Virus record (IMG/VR): IMGVR_UViG_3300028585_000005
Span: 1 to 62,547 of that record
DNA: 62,547 nucleotides
Origin: a virus
Lineage: Duplodnaviria; Caudoviricetes
Direction: 5' to 3' (one strand)
Positions within the stretch are counted from its first letter, which is position 1, and each line of letters starts with the position of its first letter. Positions 8,600 to 17,915 of this stretch are shown in pieces. The notes below the pieces were generated by a model, which did no database searches, was not told where the DNA came from, and saw nothing but the letters and a program-made list of their open reading frames with translations. The position numbers and the translations under genes are program-made.

Positions 8600-9013
8600 A
8601 TGGCCCTCGCCCCCACCAAGAAGCGCCTGCTCGAGATCCTCCCCGACGAGCACGTCAAGGAGCTGGTCAACGTCGTCGACGGGGCCATCGACTACTGGCT
8701 GCTCGGCGACCCAGACCTCGACAAGAGCACACTGCCCGACGACGCCCACTTCGCCGGCCTCGCCATCGAGACGGGCTCCGACACCGAACCGCCCGACAAG
8801 GTGGTCATCACCACCGAGCAGATCCGTGAGGCGTACGGCAAGCTGCTCGACCTCGACCAGGACTTCGTCGGGCCGCGCATCCACGGCTACATCATCGAGT
8901 CGTACCGCGACCGCGACAAGGAGACCCAGCTGATCGAGCTGGTCCACATCGACGGCGACGCCTACGACTGCATCATGCAGATCGCGGCGTTCGGCAAGCT
9001 CGTCTACGGCTGA
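8600..9013 (+). CDS. Hypothetical protein of a recurrent phage family (C-terminal D-x-I-x-Q-x-A-x-FG-x-x-VYG)
   Basis: IDYW...IDGDAYDCIMQIAAFGKLVYG (family recalled, not searched). Confidence 0.8.
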   Translation: MALAPTKKRLLEILPDEHVKELVNVVDGAIDYWLLGDPDLDKSTLPDDAHFAGLAIETGSDTEPPDKVVITTEQIREAYGKLLDLDQDFVGPRIHGYIIESYRDRDKETQLIELVHIDGDAYDCIMQIAAFGKLVYG

Positions 9014-9094
9014 CCGCGTTCCCCACCCGGGGCGGTTCCCTCCACGGTAGGGTGCCGCCCCTCCGTTCACCCCCATCAGAAGGACCTCACGACC

Positions 9095-9502
9095 ATGTCT
9101 CACACCAGCGCCATCGAGCGCATCGACAACCTCTCCGCCTTCGAGATCAGCGAGCTGGTCGAGTGCGGGATGGACAACCGGGAGGCCCTCGCCTTCATCA
9201 ACAACGTCCGCGACGGGCTCGTGAACGAGCTCGGCACCGCGCCGCGCGACCTCGAGGGCGAGGCGTTCGAGGAGGCGCTGCGCTCCCTGGCGAGCGAAGC
9301 GCCGGACGTGATGACCCACACTCGGATGCTCGAGGCGATCGGCACGGGCTGCCACAACGTGTCGTCAGAGCTGACCTCGGGCGAGACCACGATGGTCGAG
9401 CTGGCCGGTTACGTGCTCTACGAGCAGGCCCGCGAGATCCACGACAAGCTGCTCGAGCTCTACAAGGAGGAGCTGCTCGTCGACTCGGAGCCCACCGGCT
9501 GA
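9095..9502 (+). CDS. Acidic helical protein, possibly an Ocr-like DNA mimic
   Basis: Very Glu/Asp-rich; LASEAPDVMTH...VLYEQ pattern loosely like T7 Ocr. Confidence 0.6.
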   Translation: MSHTSAIERIDNLSAFEISELVECGMDNREALAFINNVRDGLVNELGTAPRDLEGEAFEEALRSLASEAPDVMTHTRMLEAIGTGCHNVSSELTSGETTMVELAGYVLYEQAREIHDKLLELYKEELLVDSEPTG

Positions 9503-9517
9503 CCAGCATTGCTGGTC
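9501..9517. repeat. 17-bp palindrome copy 13, overlapping a TGA stop
   Basis: (T)GACCAGCATTGCTGGTC(A). Confidence 0.95.
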
Positions 9518-9566
9518 AGATCACACACACACTTTGTCCCCATCATGGGGTAGATAAGGACACATC

Positions 9567-10205
9567 ATGAGCACGACCACTTCGCTCAACGTCACGCCCG
9601 ACGAGCCGTGGACCACGGAGCAGCTGCGCCTGATCGACCTGCGGGTCAGGGCGTACATCGCTCGGGACACCCCGGACGGCATCGACTTCGACGACATGGA
9701 CACCACGTACACGGTCCAGACCGACTGCCTCTCGCTGCAGTTCGAGACCCGGTGGTCGCCCGACTTCGGACACGTGGCGATCGCCATGAGCGGCGCCTAC
9801 CCCGAGGCCGAGGTGCGCCTCGACGTCGAGTGGGACACGCGCGACGCCGACGAGGCAGGTGCCTACGCCTGGATCTACCGCGCCGGCAAGGCCACCGACC
9901 GCGGCAGCAGCGAGGTCGTGCTCACCGCGGTCGACGACGAGGGGTTCCCGCTCGCGATCAGCGGCCGGCTCGACAGGGTGCCTGGCTTCAAGGACCTGCC
10001 CGCACCGGAGCGTGGAGCACGGCGCGGTCGCGAGACTCTCATCGCCCACACCGGCTGGCCGCAGCACACCGACGACCTCGAGGCGGGGATCGCCGACGTC
10101 GTCAGCGACATGCTCCACTTTGCCGCGAGCGTCGACATCGACGTCGCGGACATCATCGGTCGAGCCATGCAAACGCGGGCCGACGAACTCATCCACCCGA
10201 ACTAA
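9567..10205 (+). CDS. Hypothetical protein
   Basis: AAGGA RBS; codon bias. Confidence 0.8.
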   Translation: MSTTTSLNVTPDEPWTTEQLRLIDLRVRAYIARDTPDGIDFDDMDTTYTVQTDCLSLQFETRWSPDFGHVAIAMSGAYPEAEVRLDVEWDTRDADEAGAYAWIYRAGKATDRGSSEVVLTAVDDEGFPLAISGRLDRVPGFKDLPAPERGARRGRETLIAHTGWPQHTDDLEAGIADVVSDMLHFAASVDIDVADIIGRAMQTRADELIHPN

Positions 10206-10214
10206 GGACTGACC

Positions 10215-10775
10215 ATGACCACGCACATCAAGATCGAGGCCGAAGACTCCGGGCTCGGCATCACCCCCATCTACACCCGCCGCTACGCCGCGGGCGGCGA
10301 GGTCTGCATCGACGACGCCGCGTGCTCCACGCTGCTCGACGCCTGGTCAGACGGCGACACGACCCGCAGCTGGGACACGCTCAGCGCGAGCGACGACGAG
10401 GCGCACATCGTCACCGCCCACCTCAACGTGCACGGCATCCACATCGGCCAGATGCGCCCGGCCGGGGAGAGCAACAGCGACAACGCCCTCTGGTCGGTCG
10501 ACTCGCTGCCGTTCAAGACCAAGGTCACGCCGCTCACTGTCAGCCAGAGCCACGCGCTGATCGAGGAGGGCGGCATGTTCGCAGCCGAGGTCGCCGGCAT
10601 GAACGACGGGTCGGCTGAGTTCGTCGATGGCGACAGCCGCGTCGAGGTGAGCGTCGGCTGGTCGCCGTTCACCCCCGACTACAAGCTCATCCAGATCGAC
10701 GCCACCGGGCCCGTGCGGATCGTGCTCAACGAGAGCGACATCTTCGACGGCGACACCGAGAAGCTCAAGGACTGA
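10215..10775 (+). CDS. Hypothetical protein
   Basis: AAGGA RBS; codon bias. Confidence 0.8.
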   Translation: MTTHIKIEAEDSGLGITPIYTRRYAAGGEVCIDDAACSTLLDAWSDGDTTRSWDTLSASDDEAHIVTAHLNVHGIHIGQMRPAGESNSDNALWSVDSLPFKTKVTPLTVSQSHALIEEGGMFAAEVAGMNDGSAEFVDGDSRVEVSVGWSPFTPDYKLIQIDATGPVRIVLNESDIFDGDTEKLKD

Positions 10776-11095
10776 TGCCGTACCGCCTCGGGCCGACCGG
10801 CCGCCTCCACGACTGGAAGCGGCTGGTCGCCGACGCGCGCAAGGCCGAGGCGAAGCGGCCCGGGAAGTGGTGGCTCGCCCTCCCCGACGAGCCGCAGCGC
10901 GTGGTCACGACCATCCGTCAGCGCAGTCACCCTGACCTCCGTCTCGACGACGGCGTGCTCGAGGCGAGGGCCGACCTCGCGGCGCCCACGAGAGCCGGAC
11001 AACGTAGGGCTAATGTGTACGTGAGGTTCACAACAAACGTACCCATCACACACACACAGTGTGCACTCGATCCAGATCCTGAGAGACCGACATGA
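10775..11095 (+). CDS. Hypothetical basic protein
   Basis: TGATG overlap. Confidence 0.65.
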   Translation: MPYRLGPTGRLHDWKRLVADARKAEAKRPGKWWLALPDEPQRVVTTIRQRSHPDLRLDDGVLEARADLAAPTRAGQRRANVYVRFTTNVPITHTQCALDPDPERPT

Positions 11096-11385
11096 GCGAC
11101 AGCATTCAACGCGACTTCCGCACGACACCGCAATTCAAGGCCAGCATCAAGACGCTGGCGCACGAGAAGGAGAAGACCACCTCGGCCCTGATCCGGGACC
11201 TGCTCGAGGAGTACGCAAGCGGCGAGCCGCAGCCTGTCCAGCAGGAGGCGCCGCCGGAGTACACCCGGGTCCGCGTCGTCGCTGACCCCGTCGTGTGGGA
11301 GCGCGCCCTAGCCCGGTCCAAGGTCGAGAAGATCAGCCTGTCCGAGGCTCTGCGACTGCTGGCCGAGAAGGCTCTCGCCAGCTGA
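11092..11385 (+). CDS. Tandem ribbon-helix-helix-like DNA-binding protein
   Basis: Two strand-helix-helix units: RDFRTT...TTSALIRDLLEEY and TRVRVVAD...ISLSEALRLLAE. Confidence 0.7.
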   Translation: MSDSIQRDFRTTPQFKASIKTLAHEKEKTTSALIRDLLEEYASGEPQPVQQEAPPEYTRVRVVADPVVWERALARSKVEKISLSEALRLLAEKALAS

Positions 11386-11400
11386 CCAGCAATGCTGGTT
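11384..11400. repeat. 17-bp palindrome copy 14, overlapping a TGA stop
   Basis: (T)GACCAGCAATGCTGGTT. Confidence 0.9.
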
Positions 11401-11471
11401 GGCCCCGCACATGGAAGTGGCGGGCAGCCGACCGATCGACTGCCCGCCCTCAACCCGGAAAGGTCTACGTC

Positions 11472-11867
11472 ATGGAGACGCAGGAGCAGCATAGCAACAC
11501 CGAGACCGTCCGCCTCGTCGTCGTCGGCAGCACAGCCTGGCCCCTCGCCACGCCCCAGTTCCTACTGCACCTCGTGCTCGACTGGTGGTCGGCGGCCGGC
11601 GGGCCCGACGTCACGCTCGTCGTCGACGGCAGTCCGATCGGCGAGGCGCTCGCCTCGGTCTGGGACACGGACCGCTTCGCCCTCGAGCGGCACCCCGCAC
11701 CACCAGCCCAGGCCACCCGCGCGGACGCCAAGCGCCGGGCCCGGATGCGCGAGCACGCCTCGCAGCTGATCGTCTACTCGCTGGGCTTCGACCCCGAGAT
11801 GGACCGCTGGCTGTACGAGGCCGAAGAGCAGGGCCTGCCCACCGTCACCATGCGGCTCGACTCGTGA
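11472..11867 (+). CDS. SLOG/YspA (DprA-like) fold protein, divergent
   Basis: VRLVVVGS-x-x-W start and AEEQGLPTV end typical of phage SLOG proteins. Confidence 0.55.
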   Translation: METQEQHSNTETVRLVVVGSTAWPLATPQFLLHLVLDWWSAAGGPDVTLVVDGSPIGEALASVWDTDRFALERHPAPPAQATRADAKRRARMREHASQLIVYSLGFDPEMDRWLYEAEEQGLPTVTMRLDS

Positions 11868-12109
11868 GCGCCGTCGCCGAGCGCACCAAGGAAGAGCAGC
11901 TGCTCGAGTCCTGGCTCGACGGCGAGGTCCCGTGCATGTGGCGCGGGTGCGGCAGCGCCGCGACCTGGCGTCTCATCCCCATCTGCAAGCACCAGGGCAC
12001 CTGCTGCTCCAAGCACCGACGGAAGTTCGAGAGCCCGGGGATCGCCTACCTGTGCACCACGTGCAATGCGATCACCCCGCCGGGCGGCCTGGCCTGGATG
12101 CCACTCTGA
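11864..12109 (+). CDS. Cys-rich zinc-binding hypothetical protein
   Basis: GTGA overlap; CMWRGC, CKH, CCSKH, CTTC. Confidence 0.7.
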   Translation: MSAVAERTKEEQLLESWLDGEVPCMWRGCGSAATWRLIPICKHQGTCCSKHRRKFESPGIAYLCTTCNAITPPGGLAWMPL

Positions 12110-12166
12110 GCCACGACCACAACATCTAGTGGTCGGCCGCCGCGTCGACCACTAGCAGGAAACACG

Positions 12167-12205
12167 AAGCCCCCCGGGAGTTGTGCAACTCGAACCGGGG
12201 GGCTT
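12167..12205. terminator. GC-rich hairpin, probable intrinsic terminator
   Basis: AAGCCCCCCGG...CCGGGGGGCTT with inner GAGTTG/CAACTC; preceded by inverted repeat 12126-12155. Confidence 0.6.
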
Positions 12206-12397
12206 ACGCTGACGCTTGTTCAGGGCCTCGATTGCAGCATAGCTGCAGCGCGGGGTGTGTGTCGACCCTTCATGGGGCACCGACGTACCTAGCCGAGAAC
12301 CGGTTCCGCTCACCCCGGGCCGTCATCTCGTCCGTCAGAGGGACATCGCAGCGGCGCGCCCGAACAGCGTGCGCCCACAACTGAACAGCACGACGAG

Positions 12398-12406
12398 TTA
12401 TCCACA
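12398..12406 (+). promoter_or_regulatory. Perfect DnaA box TTATCCACA in a non-coding gap
   Basis: Exact consensus; near-matches at about 12409 (TTCTCCCCA) and 12660 (TCATCCACA). Confidence 0.45.
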
Positions 12407-12691
12407 GCTTCTCCCCACCTGGGGGGAAGGGGGGCAGGGGACCGGCGCGGAGCGCGCCACCCGCAACCACCCCGATGCTGTCGCGCTTCGCTTGACGCTA
12501 CCGCGCCTCGGCTCCGCCGAGTCTTGCTCTCACCGATCTCACCCGCCAGCCACCCGATGATCACCCGCTGCTCACCCTCCCAGCGTGAGGTGCGGCTGTC
12601 AGTCTGGTCACGGGCATCGAAGGCAAGCGCAGCGGAGCGGAGCGCGGCAGCCCTGATCCTCATCCACAACCACCGACCGAAGGACCCAACC

Positions 12692-13045
12692 ATGAGCGAC
12701 CTCCCCATCACCGCGACCCTCGTCGAGGGCGTGCCCATCTACGACGCCATGAACACGCTGTCCATGCGGCAGAACTGGCTCAGCGGTAGCGCCGAAGAGG
12801 ACGGCCAGACGATCCGCTTCGAGCTGGACTCGGGTGCTGGCCTCGGCTCGCCCCGCCTCGAGCTGAGCGTGACCCTCGGCGACAACGGCAAGACCACCCG
12901 CGAGGTCATCGACGTCCGCGACCTGATGCGCTGGTGGCTGGACGGCCACCTCGAGCGGCGCAAGGCCGACCAGATCAGCATCTTCGGCAGCGCCCGGGCC
13001 CAGGGCCGCGAGCGCACCGACACCCGACCGACCGAGAAGGACTGA
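12692..13045 (+). CDS. Hypothetical protein
   Basis: AAGGA RBS; MSDLPIT start. Confidence 0.75.
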   Translation: MSDLPITATLVEGVPIYDAMNTLSMRQNWLSGSAEEDGQTIRFELDSGAGLGSPRLELSVTLGDNGKTTREVIDVRDLMRWWLDGHLERRKADQISIFGSARAQGRERTDTRPTEKD

Positions 13046-13048
13046 CCC

Positions 13049-13381
13049 ATGACCGACCAGGACCGCAAGCCGACCACTGGACCAGCAGCCCAACGCATGA
13101 TCGACGCCATGGCCTACGCCCATGTCGACCCCTCACCGTACGCGCGGGAGCCGAACTTCCACTACCCGCCGGACGCGGTGCTTCTCGAGATCACCCCGAC
13201 CATGGTCGGCCGGATCGTCGAGGTGCACCTGCCGAAGAGCCAGACTGTCGGTCGCATCGTCGCCTACTACGTGAGCAGCGAAGGCGTGTACCACGTCCAG
13301 TTCGAGACGACTGTCTCGCACGAAGATGGCGACGTGATGCACCTCGCGCCCAACACCTTCGTTGTCGTGATGGTCGGCTGA
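13049..13381 (+). CDS. Hypothetical protein
   Basis: AAGGA RBS. Confidence 0.75.
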   Translation: MTDQDRKPTTGPAAQRMIDAMAYAHVDPSPYAREPNFHYPPDAVLLEITPTMVGRIVEVHLPKSQTVGRIVAYYVSSEGVYHVQFETTVSHEDGDVMHLAPNTFVVVMVG

Positions 13382-13617
13382 TGGCTGCCGTGGGGAATGA
13401 CGACCCGTTCGTCATCATCGCCGAGCAAGCGCAGCGCATCCAGGACATCAAGCAGGACCACGCCGACGACGTCGCCACGCTCGAGAAGAGGATCGAGGAG
13501 CGCGACACCGAGATCGAAGAGCTCAAGGGCACGATCGCCGAGTGGTCCGAGTACGCCTCCCGCGTCTCGAGCGCCATCGACTCGGCGTCGCACGAGGCGG
13601 ACCGCACCAGGCCGTAG
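13381..13617 (+). CDS. Coiled-coil hypothetical protein
   Basis: TGATG overlap; heptad-like pattern. Confidence 0.7.
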   Translation: MAAVGNDDPFVIIAEQAQRIQDIKQDHADDVATLEKRIEERDTEIEELKGTIAEWSEYASRVSSAIDSASHEADRTRP

Positions 13618-13642
13618 CCACCCCGACCACCCACCCCCATCC

Positions 13643-13659
13643 GACCAGCATTGCTGGTC
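13643..13659. repeat. 17-bp palindrome copy 15, intergenic
   Basis: GACCAGCATTGCTGGTC. Confidence 0.95.
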
Positions 13660-13682
13660 AATCACCCCGGAAAGGCAACACC

Positions 13683-14141
13683 ATGACCAAGGCAATCTCC
13701 CAGCTCGTCGACGTTCCCACCTCGACCCAGGCGATCCGCACCCTGCAGGCGAACGACATCTACAAGCGCCTCGACACGAGCGGCTACTCGGGCGCCAAGA
13801 TCATCATCGGCGTCGTCACCAGCGTCCTCTCGAACGGCGACGGCGACCTGGCCGTCGTCGCCATCGAGTTCGTGCAGGGCTACCAGACCACGACCGCCGA
13901 GCAGAAGGTCTTCAAGGCCGACGAGACCGTGGCCCTCTTCCCGATCACGGTCGAGGAGTTCAACATGAACGTCGTCGACCTCCGGCAGGGAGCGCGCGAC
14001 GCCTTGCGCAAGGCCCAGGAGCAGGTCACGAAGCAGGCCGACGTGCTGCAGTTCATCGAGAAGATCGAGTACGGCACCTTCGGCGTGCAGCCGGCCGAGC
14101 AGGGCCCGGTGTACGACGGCGACGCGAACGACGAGGGCTGA
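13683..14141 (+). CDS. Hypothetical protein
   Basis: GAAAGG RBS; MTKAISQ start. Confidence 0.8.
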   Translation: MTKAISQLVDVPTSTQAIRTLQANDIYKRLDTSGYSGAKIIIGVVTSVLSNGDGDLAVVAIEFVQGYQTTTAEQKVFKADETVALFPITVEEFNMNVVDLRQGARDALRKAQEQVTKQADVLQFIEKIEYGTFGVQPAEQGPVYDGDANDEG

Positions 14142-14374
14142 TGTCGGCGCACGTCTGGTGGACCCTGGCGTGCGACTTCCGCCTCACCGAGCGGTGCCTG
14201 ACCCTCCGGGGGACGGCACCGCCCGGTGCCCCCCGGGCCGCTGACCTGCGGGCCCTGGCCCTGACGCTCGACTGGCACTACACCGCCGATGGGCAGGACG
14301 TCTGCCCCGCCTGCTGGCCCGACCGCCCCCGTTACCGCAAGGGTCGTCTGGTCGGCGGCATCCCCATCCCGTAA
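14141..14374 (+). CDS. Small zinc-binding hypothetical protein
   Basis: TGATG overlap; ACD...C...DVCPAC. Confidence 0.65.
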   Translation: MSAHVWWTLACDFRLTERCLTLRGTAPPGAPRAADLRALALTLDWHYTADGQDVCPACWPDRPRYRKGRLVGGIPIP

Positions 14375-14406
14375 GATCCACACCACCTCCCCGGAAAGAG
14401 GACACC

Positions 14407-14967
14407 GTGAGCACGAACACCCCCATCCGCCAGACCATCACCATCGAGCTGAACCTCGCGCCGACGTTCGAGCGCGACGAGGACGGCGACCTGATCCCGT
14501 CCGACCCGACCGACTACGACGGGCAGATCCTCAGCGCGATCGTCGACCGACTGATGAAGCGGTACGACTACGCGGCAGCCACCGACCTGATGAAGAAGGT
14601 CGACGACAAGATCTCGGGCGTCGTCGCCGAGCGCATCAAGGAGATCATCGAGCAGCCGATCCAGCGCCACGAGGGGCACACTCGCTACGGCGAGGAGCCG
14701 AAGCCGGTCGGCCCCCCGTTCGTCCTGGTCGAAGAGGTGAAGCGCTCGGTCGAGAAGCTCGTCGCCGCACCGCCGTCGGACCAGTCGGGCAGCAGCTGGA
14801 ACCGCACCCCTCGGAACATGGGTGACCTGGTCAAGGAGACGGTCGACGAGTTCCTGCGCAAGGAGCTGGCACCGACCATCGCCGCGGCCAAGAAGACGAT
14901 CAACGACGAGGTCATCCGCACCGCTCAGGCCGCCGTCGCCGAGGCTCTCACGCCGAAGGTCAAGTGA
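14407..14967 (+). CDS. Hypothetical protein
   Basis: GAAAGAGG RBS; codon bias. Confidence 0.8.
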   Translation: MSTNTPIRQTITIELNLAPTFERDEDGDLIPSDPTDYDGQILSAIVDRLMKRYDYAAATDLMKKVDDKISGVVAERIKEIIEQPIQRHEGHTRYGEEPKPVGPPFVLVEEVKRSVEKLVAAPPSDQSGSSWNRTPRNMGDLVKETVDEFLRKELAPTIAAAKKTINDEVIRTAQAAVAEALTPKVK

Positions 14968-15629
14968 TGCCGGAGTTCGCCGAGCGCCACACCCTCGGGC
15001 AGTACGACAAGCGATCATTCCCGATCGCCTGGGCCGTGGCTCAGCGCACGCTCTCGAGGCACCGGCAGCGCCGGGGCCTGATCGACAAGTACCCCGCGCT
15101 CGAGTCGAGCAGCTTCGACCGAGACGGGTTCGCCCGGATCGTCCTGCTCAGCGTCCTCTCGGGCGCAGCGCCCGTCGCACCCGCCGTCTTCATCGACCTC
15201 CACGACGCCATCACCGCTGCGCTGCAGCAGAACAGGAGCACCATGACCAAGCCCATGCCCGAGTCCCTCGGCGAGATCGAGCTCGAGCTCGCCAGCATCG
15301 AGAACCGCATGCGGAAGCGGATCGCGACGAACCATCGGCTCGACGCGCGCACTCGCCAGCTGCGAGCGGCAGCCGACAAGCTGCGCTACCCGCAAGAGCC
15401 GCAGGCCCAGACCATCCGGTTCAAGAAGCAGTTCACCTCGGGCGGAAAGATCTACGTCTACGCCGCCCAGCGCACGCCGCACGGTCTCTGGTTCGCCACC
15501 GGCCAGGGGCACCCGTCGAACGGGCGCAGCTGGCGCGGCCTCGTCGACTTCATCCGCGAGGACAACCAGCTGGCCCGACCCGAGCGCGACCTGTTCGAGC
15601 CGCTGCACGCCGAGGCCCTGCCCTTCTGA
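14967..15629 (+). CDS. Hypothetical protein (possible internal start at 15243)
   Basis: TGATG overlap; internal AGGAG plus in-frame ATG. Confidence 0.7.
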   Translation: MPEFAERHTLGQYDKRSFPIAWAVAQRTLSRHRQRRGLIDKYPALESSSFDRDGFARIVLLSVLSGAAPVAPAVFIDLHDAITAALQQNRSTMTKPMPESLGEIELELASIENRMRKRIATNHRLDARTRQLRAAADKLRYPQEPQAQTIRFKKQFTSGGKIYVYAAQRTPHGLWFATGQGHPSNGRSWRGLVDFIREDNQLARPERDLFEPLHAEALPF

Positions 15630-15692
15630 TCCACCCGCGGGGGCGGCACGACGTCGCCCCCGCACCACCCCTACCCCGCACGAGGAGAAGCC

Positions 15693-15917
15693 ATGCCCCA
15701 GCCCGACACCGCCCCCGCCGACGACAGCAGCTTCGAGGTCACGACCGACGTCGAGAACGAGGGGACGATCCTTACGGTCGCGATGACCAGCCCGACCGGA
15801 CCCAGCTACGTCTCGGTCTCGATCGGGATCGCGCACGACCCCGACGTCGTCGACGTCGAGCACGCCACCGACGCCGCGGCGACCGCCATCCTCGGCATCC
15901 GCAAGGAGCTGCGGTGA
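15693..15917 (+). CDS. Hypothetical protein
   Basis: GAGGAG RBS. Confidence 0.75.
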   Translation: MPQPDTAPADDSSFEVTTDVENEGTILTVAMTSPTGPSYVSVSIGIAHDPDVVDVEHATDAAATAILGIRKELR

Positions 15918-16141
15918 GCAACCTGATGCCCGGCCTGTCGGACGTCGACACCGAGCCGGCCGACATCACCCACGAGAGCCGCATCTGTGACACCTGCGGC
16001 TTCGAGAACGAGGTGCAGATCGTGACGTGGGTCGACCGCGCCGGGCTGCACGAGCAGTGGTCCTGCCACCTGGGCCACGCCCACGACGAGACGCTCGAAC
16101 AGGGCGACGATGAGCCCGACCGAGACGGAGACGGATTCTGA
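15914..16141 (+). CDS. Small zinc-binding hypothetical protein
   Basis: AAGGAG RBS; CDTC...CHLGH. Confidence 0.7.
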   Translation: MSNLMPGLSDVDTEPADITHESRICDTCGFENEVQIVTWVDRAGLHEQWSCHLGHAHDETLEQGDDEPDRDGDGF

Positions 16142-16386
16142 TGCACAACCTCGAGATGCGCACGAAGCTCAAGGCCGCGGCCACGATGGACCACCCGTGG
16201 ATACCCGGCTCGACGACGACGCCCCACCCGCTGCTCACCGCGATCGACAGCTTCGTCGACCGGTCGCTGACGATCAACGCCGCGCTGCGTGCGGTGCACG
16301 TCGAGGAGCAGTTCGGCGACTGCGTCGAGGACGGCGACCCCTACCCGTGCCAGACGATCCAGCTGCTCGACGGGATGGACGCCTGA
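16141..16386 (+). CDS. Hypothetical protein
   Basis: TGATG overlap; H...CVED...YPCQT motif common in actinophage small proteins. Confidence 0.7.
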   Translation: MHNLEMRTKLKAAATMDHPWIPGSTTTPHPLLTAIDSFVDRSLTINAALRAVHVEEQFGDCVEDGDPYPCQTIQLLDGMDA

Positions 16387-16841
16387 TGGCCTACGCCGAG
16401 AAGACCGAGGTCACGTCCGAGAAGTCGCGAGCCGAGATCGAGCGCGTTATCCACCGCTACGGCGCCGACAGCTTCGCCTACGCCAGCGAGCCGAAGCGGG
16501 CCATGGTCGGCTTCGTGATGCAGGGCCGCCAGGTGCGCTTCGTGCTCCCCCTCCCCGACCGTGCCGAGCGCCGCTTCACGCACCACACGCGCGGCGTGCG
16601 CACGGCGACGGCGGCCGAGGCTGAGTACGAGCAGGCCGTCCGGCAGAAGTGGCGCGCCCTCACGCTCATGGTGAAGGCAAAGCTCGAGGCCGTCGAGTCG
16701 GGCATCGTCACGTTCGAGCAGGAGTTCTTCGCTCACACCGTGCTGCCCAACGGCAAGACCGTCTACGAGCAGACCGGCGAGGTCGTCGCCCAGTCGATCA
16801 CCTCGGGCGTGGTCAAGCCGCTGCTGCAGCTCGACAGCTGA
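16386..16841 (+). CDS. Conserved phage hypothetical protein
   Basis: AYAEKTEV...SRAEIE...WRAL...KAKLEAVESGIVTFEQEF. Confidence 0.85.
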   Translation: MAYAEKTEVTSEKSRAEIERVIHRYGADSFAYASEPKRAMVGFVMQGRQVRFVLPLPDRAERRFTHHTRGVRTATAAEAEYEQAVRQKWRALTLMVKAKLEAVESGIVTFEQEFFAHTVLPNGKTVYEQTGEVVAQSITSGVVKPLLQLDS

Positions 16842-16993
16842 TGACCGAGAAGCCCAAGCCCCCGACGCTGCAGTTCCGCTACCCGGAGACGACGGCGCCG
16901 GGGGCGTGCCCGACCTGCAATGCCAGCGGCAACGACCCGTGCCTGTCGCGTGGCGGGCGCGACCACGCCGGCCGGCGACGGGCAAGCTCATGA
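16841..16993 (+). CDS. Small zinc-finger protein
   Basis: CPTC-x-A...PC...H-x-x-R. Confidence 0.6.
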   Translation: MTEKPKPPTLQFRYPETTAPGACPTCNASGNDPCLSRGGRDHAGRRRASS

Positions 16994-17034
16994 CCTCTCC
17001 GCGCAGCTATCCTGGCTGCTGACCAGGAGGTTTC

Positions 17035-17904
17035 ATGCCCGACATCAGCTTCGGCTCCGCCGCCAACGTATCGAGCTGGGTCGCGTCCGGCTCCGGCCCC
17101 AGCTGCGCCATCCCGATGCCATCAGGCCGCCAGCTAGCAAGCGGCGACCGCTCGGTGCTGGTGACCGGCCTCGGCTTCTGGGCGTCGGGCCGAGGCGCGA
17201 ACCCTCGAGGCCGGGCCTACCTCGGCGACGGCTACACTGTCGAGCTCGTGCTCCCTGCGTCGAGCCGGGCCGACAACCGAGGCCTGCAGCCGATGGAGCG
17301 GCTTGTGTTCGTGAACGGCGGCACGCAGACCCTGCGCTTGGCGTGGCTGCCGATCTTCTACGCCTGGGGCGGAGGCGTGCCCGGCGGCCCGACGTACGAC
17401 AACTACTCGCTGACCCGGCCGGGCGTCCTGGCTGGATCGCTGCGCTACGAGCAGGCGCCGCAGGGCCCGAGGATGCTCGAGGTCACCTCGTCCGCCGACG
17501 GCCGCACGTCCTACCCCCGCTTCACGATGGAGGGAGACTTCGGCGGCGCACGCATCACGGGCTACCGCATTCAGATCGCGCGCAACCCCGAGATGACGAT
17601 CGGCGTCGAGACCTACGACACCGCGAACGGCCAGCCCACGGTGTCAGGTCGCACCCCGGGCGAGGCCTACTTCTACCGCGCGACGGCGCGCACCACCATG
17701 ACGGACTACGCCGGCCAGCTCGGCGGCGAGTGGTCAGCCGTCGTCGGCCAGAGGCAACCGAACCCGACGTCGAGCTTCGGTCGCATCCGTCGCGACACCA
17801 GCTGGGTCCCGACCGACGGCCGCATCCGCACGGCGTCGGGCACGTGGGTCCCGCTCGACGGCCGCGTCCGGCTCGGAACCGACTGGGTGCCGATCAACGA
17901 GTAG
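17035..17904 (+). CDS. Fibronectin type III-like, probable virion (minor tail) protein
   Basis: AGGAGG RBS; GGARITGYRIQ...TPGEAYFYRATA...GEWS FN3 pattern; C-terminal W repeats (SWV, GTWV, TDWV). Confidence 0.7.
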   Translation: MPDISFGSAANVSSWVASGSGPSCAIPMPSGRQLASGDRSVLVTGLGFWASGRGANPRGRAYLGDGYTVELVLPASSRADNRGLQPMERLVFVNGGTQTLRLAWLPIFYAWGGGVPGGPTYDNYSLTRPGVLAGSLRYEQAPQGPRMLEVTSSADGRTSYPRFTMEGDFGGARITGYRIQIARNPEMTIGVETYDTANGQPTVSGRTPGEAYFYRATARTTMTDYAGQLGGEWSAVVGQRQPNPTSSFGRIRRDTSWVPTDGRIRTASGTWVPLDGRVRLGTDWVPINE

Positions 17905-17915
17905 CCGGGAACGAC

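Noticed and set aside
12181-12738. ORFs in the 12.1-12.7 kb gap as real genes
   Set aside because: No RBS, poor codon bias and low-complexity Arg/Pro/Ser translations.
776-13659. Palindrome series as a CRISPR array
   Set aside because: Spacing is irregular (about 180 to over 2000 bp), the intervening DNA is intact genes, the repeat is only 17 bp, and there is no cas operon. The Cas4-like gene is a usual phage exonuclease paired with an annealase.
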